DNA of 64,000 nucleotides from Escherichia coli (GTDB lineage Bacteria; Pseudomonadota; Gammaproteobacteria; Enterobacterales; Enterobacteriaceae): NCBI RefSeq assembly GCF_050320075.1, contig NZ_CP190018.1; one strand, 5' to 3'. Shown piece by piece: positions 62,171 to 64,000 of this stretch (position 1 is its first letter; each line of letters starts with the position of its first letter). The notes under the pieces were generated by a model. It saw only the letters and a program-made list of their open reading frames with translations, ran no database searches and was not told where the DNA came from. The position numbers and the translations under genes were made by a program.

Positions 62171-63628
62171 GTGTCTGAACTGTCTCAATTATCTCCACAG
62201 CCGCTGTGGGATATTTTTGCCAAAATCTGTTCTATTCCTCACCCGTCCTATCATGAAGAGCAACTCGCTGAATACATTGTTGGTTGGGCAAAAGAGAAAG
62301 GTTTCCATGTCGAACGCGATCAGGTAGGTAATATCCTGATTCGTAAACCTGCTACCGCAGGTATGGAAAATCGTAAACCGGTCGTCTTGCAGGCCCACCT
62401 CGATATGGTGCCACAGAAAAATAACGACACCGTGCATGACTTCACTAAAGATCCTATCCAGCCTTATATTGATGGCGAATGGGTTAAAGCGCGCGGCACC
62501 ACGCTGGGTGCGGATAACGGCATTGGTATGGCGTCTGCGCTGGCGGTTCTGGCTGACGAAAACGTGGTTCACGGCCCGCTGGAAGTGCTGCTGACCATGA
62601 CCGAAGAAGCCGGTATGGATGGTGCTTTTGGCTTACAGAGCAACTGGTTGCAGGCTGATATTCTGATTAACACCGACTCCGAAGAGGAAGGTGAAATCTA
62701 CATGGGTTGCGCGGGGGGTATCGACTTCACCTCCAACCTGCATTTAGATCGTGAAGCAGTTCCAGCTGGTTTTGAAACCTTCAAGTTAACCTTAAAAGGT
62801 CTAAAAGGCGGTCACTCCGGCGGTGAAATCCACGTTGGCCTGGGTAATGCCAACAAACTGCTGGTGCGCTTCCTGGCGGGTCATGCAGAAGAGCTGGACC
62901 TGCGCCTTATCGATTTCAACGGTGGCACACTGCGTAACGCCATCCCGCGTGAAGCCTTTGCGACCATTGCTGTCGCAGCTGATAAAGTCGACGCCCTGAA
63001 ATCTCTGGTGAATACCTATCAGGAAATCCTGAAAAACGAGCTGGCAGAGAAAGAGAAAAATCTGGCATTGCTGCTGGACTCTGTTGCGAACGATAAAGCT
63101 GCCCTGATTGCGAAATCTCGCGATACCTTTATTCGTCTGCTGAACGCCACCCCGAACGGTGTGATCCGCAACTCCGACGTGGCAAAAGGTGTGGTCGAAA
63201 CCTCCCTGAACGTCGGTGTGGTGACCATGACTGACAATAACGTAGAAATTCACTGCCTGATCCGTTCTCTGATCGACAGCGGTAAAGACTACGTGGTGAG
63301 CATGCTGGATTCGCTGGGTAAACTGGCTGGCGCGAAAACCGAAGCGAAAGGCGCATATCCTGGCTGGCAGCCGGACGCTAATTCTCCGGTGATGCATCTG
63401 GTACGTGAAACCTATCAGCGACTGTTCAACAAGACGCCGAACATCCAGATTATTCACGCGGGCCTGGAATGTGGTCTGTTTAAAAAACCGTATCCGGAAA
63501 TGGACATGGTTTCTATCGGGCCAACAATCACCGGTCCACACTCTCCGGATGAGCAAGTTCACATCGAAAGCGTAGGTCATTACTGGACACTGCTGACTGA
63601 ACTGCTGAAAGAAATTCCGGCGAAGTAA
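62171..63628 (+). CDS. pepD: Cytosol non-specific dipeptidase PepD
   Basis: 485-aa M20-family peptidase; conserved synteny with gpt. Confidence 0.95.
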   Translation: MSELSQLSPQPLWDIFAKICSIPHPSYHEEQLAEYIVGWAKEKGFHVERDQVGNILIRKPATAGMENRKPVVLQAHLDMVPQKNNDTVHDFTKDPIQPYIDGEWVKARGTTLGADNGIGMASALAVLADENVVHGPLEVLLTMTEEAGMDGAFGLQSNWLQADILINTDSEEEGEIYMGCAGGIDFTSNLHLDREAVPAGFETFKLTLKGLKGGHSGGEIHVGLGNANKLLVRFLAGHAEELDLRLIDFNGGTLRNAIPREAFATIAVAADKVDALKSLVNTYQEILKNELAEKEKNLALLLDSVANDKAALIAKSRDTFIRLLNATPNGVIRNSDVAKGVVETSLNVGVVTMTDNNVEIHCLIRSLIDSGKDYVVSMLDSLGKLAGAKTEAKGAYPGWQPDANSPVMHLVRETYQRLFNKTPNIQIIHAGLECGLFKKPYPEMDMVSIGPTITGPHSPDEQVHIESVGHYWTLLTELLKEIPAK

Positions 63629-63684
63629 TTATTTGATTTGCTGCCGGATGGCGTTTAATCGCCTTCCGGCAGTTTCATCCTTCA

Positions 63685-63942
63685 TTATCCTTCGATAAAA
63701 GCCATCCCTGTAAATGTCCGTCTCGGGTTGCCACGTTCAATCTGGTGATGGAACATTCGCCGCTGCGATTTCAGCACCGCGCTATTTTCCTGTTGCTGTT
63801 GTTCCAGCTTCCAGGCAATCAGCAATCGCGCCAGCCGCTTGTTAGCATGCCCAGAAACAAGTTTTTGCGCCCATGATGAGGCCGATACGGACTCGGACAA
63901 ATCCACTGAATAGTGCCGCACCAACTTTCGCTTAATGCCCAT
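63685..63942 (-). CDS. Hypothetical ORF at window edge (possibly release-factor-homologue prfH-like 3' portion)
   Basis: 85-aa frame; weak resemblance to RF C-terminal region and expected synteny only. Confidence 0.25.
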   Translation of the reverse strand: MGIKRKLVRHYSVDLSESVSASSWAQKLVSGHANKRLARLLIAWKLEQQQQENSAVLKSQRRMFHHQIERGNPRRTFTGMAFIEG

Positions 63943-64000
63943 GCGTTATCGCCATCCAGAGAAATCAGCGCCGAACGCAGCGTGTCAGAGCAGCGGCCCG

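Overview
Enterobacterial (E. coli/Shigella-type) chromosome around the tRNA-Thr (thrW)-proBA locus, in reverse orientation. The left ~55.7 kb is a tandem array of three acquired elements stacked at the 3' end of tRNA-Thr, followed by ~8.3 kb of conserved host backbone. (1) 16896-55715: a ~38.8 kb mosaic lambdoid prophage with lambda-type control and lysis modules (cI/cro, pL-nutL-N, nutR, cII, Q-pR'-tR', S-R-Rz/Rz1, nin genes), a P22/Sf6-type virion module (terminase, portal, scaffold, coat, gp4/10/26/14/7/20/16, tailspike), an orphan Mnt-like repressor, an oac-type acyltransferase moron and xis-int next to the tRNA. (2) 6673-16895: a ~10.2 kb P4-like satellite prophage (alpha primase, epsilon, vis, sid-delta-psu, int, crr/ori iterons) with one AT-rich 464-aa cargo gene in the psu-int hotspot; this is my best candidate for an uncharacterised defence gene. 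(3) 1-6637: a decayed island remnant carrying an AbiEi/AbiEii pair and a 1069-aa reverse transcriptase-nitrilase fusion (DRT type 1-like), ending in Ner-like and integrase gene fragments beside a degenerate att. Host backbone: thrW, proA, proB, phoE, crl, frsA, gpt, pepD. All assignments come from reading the translated ORFs and recalled motifs; no database search, HMM scan or structure prediction was run.
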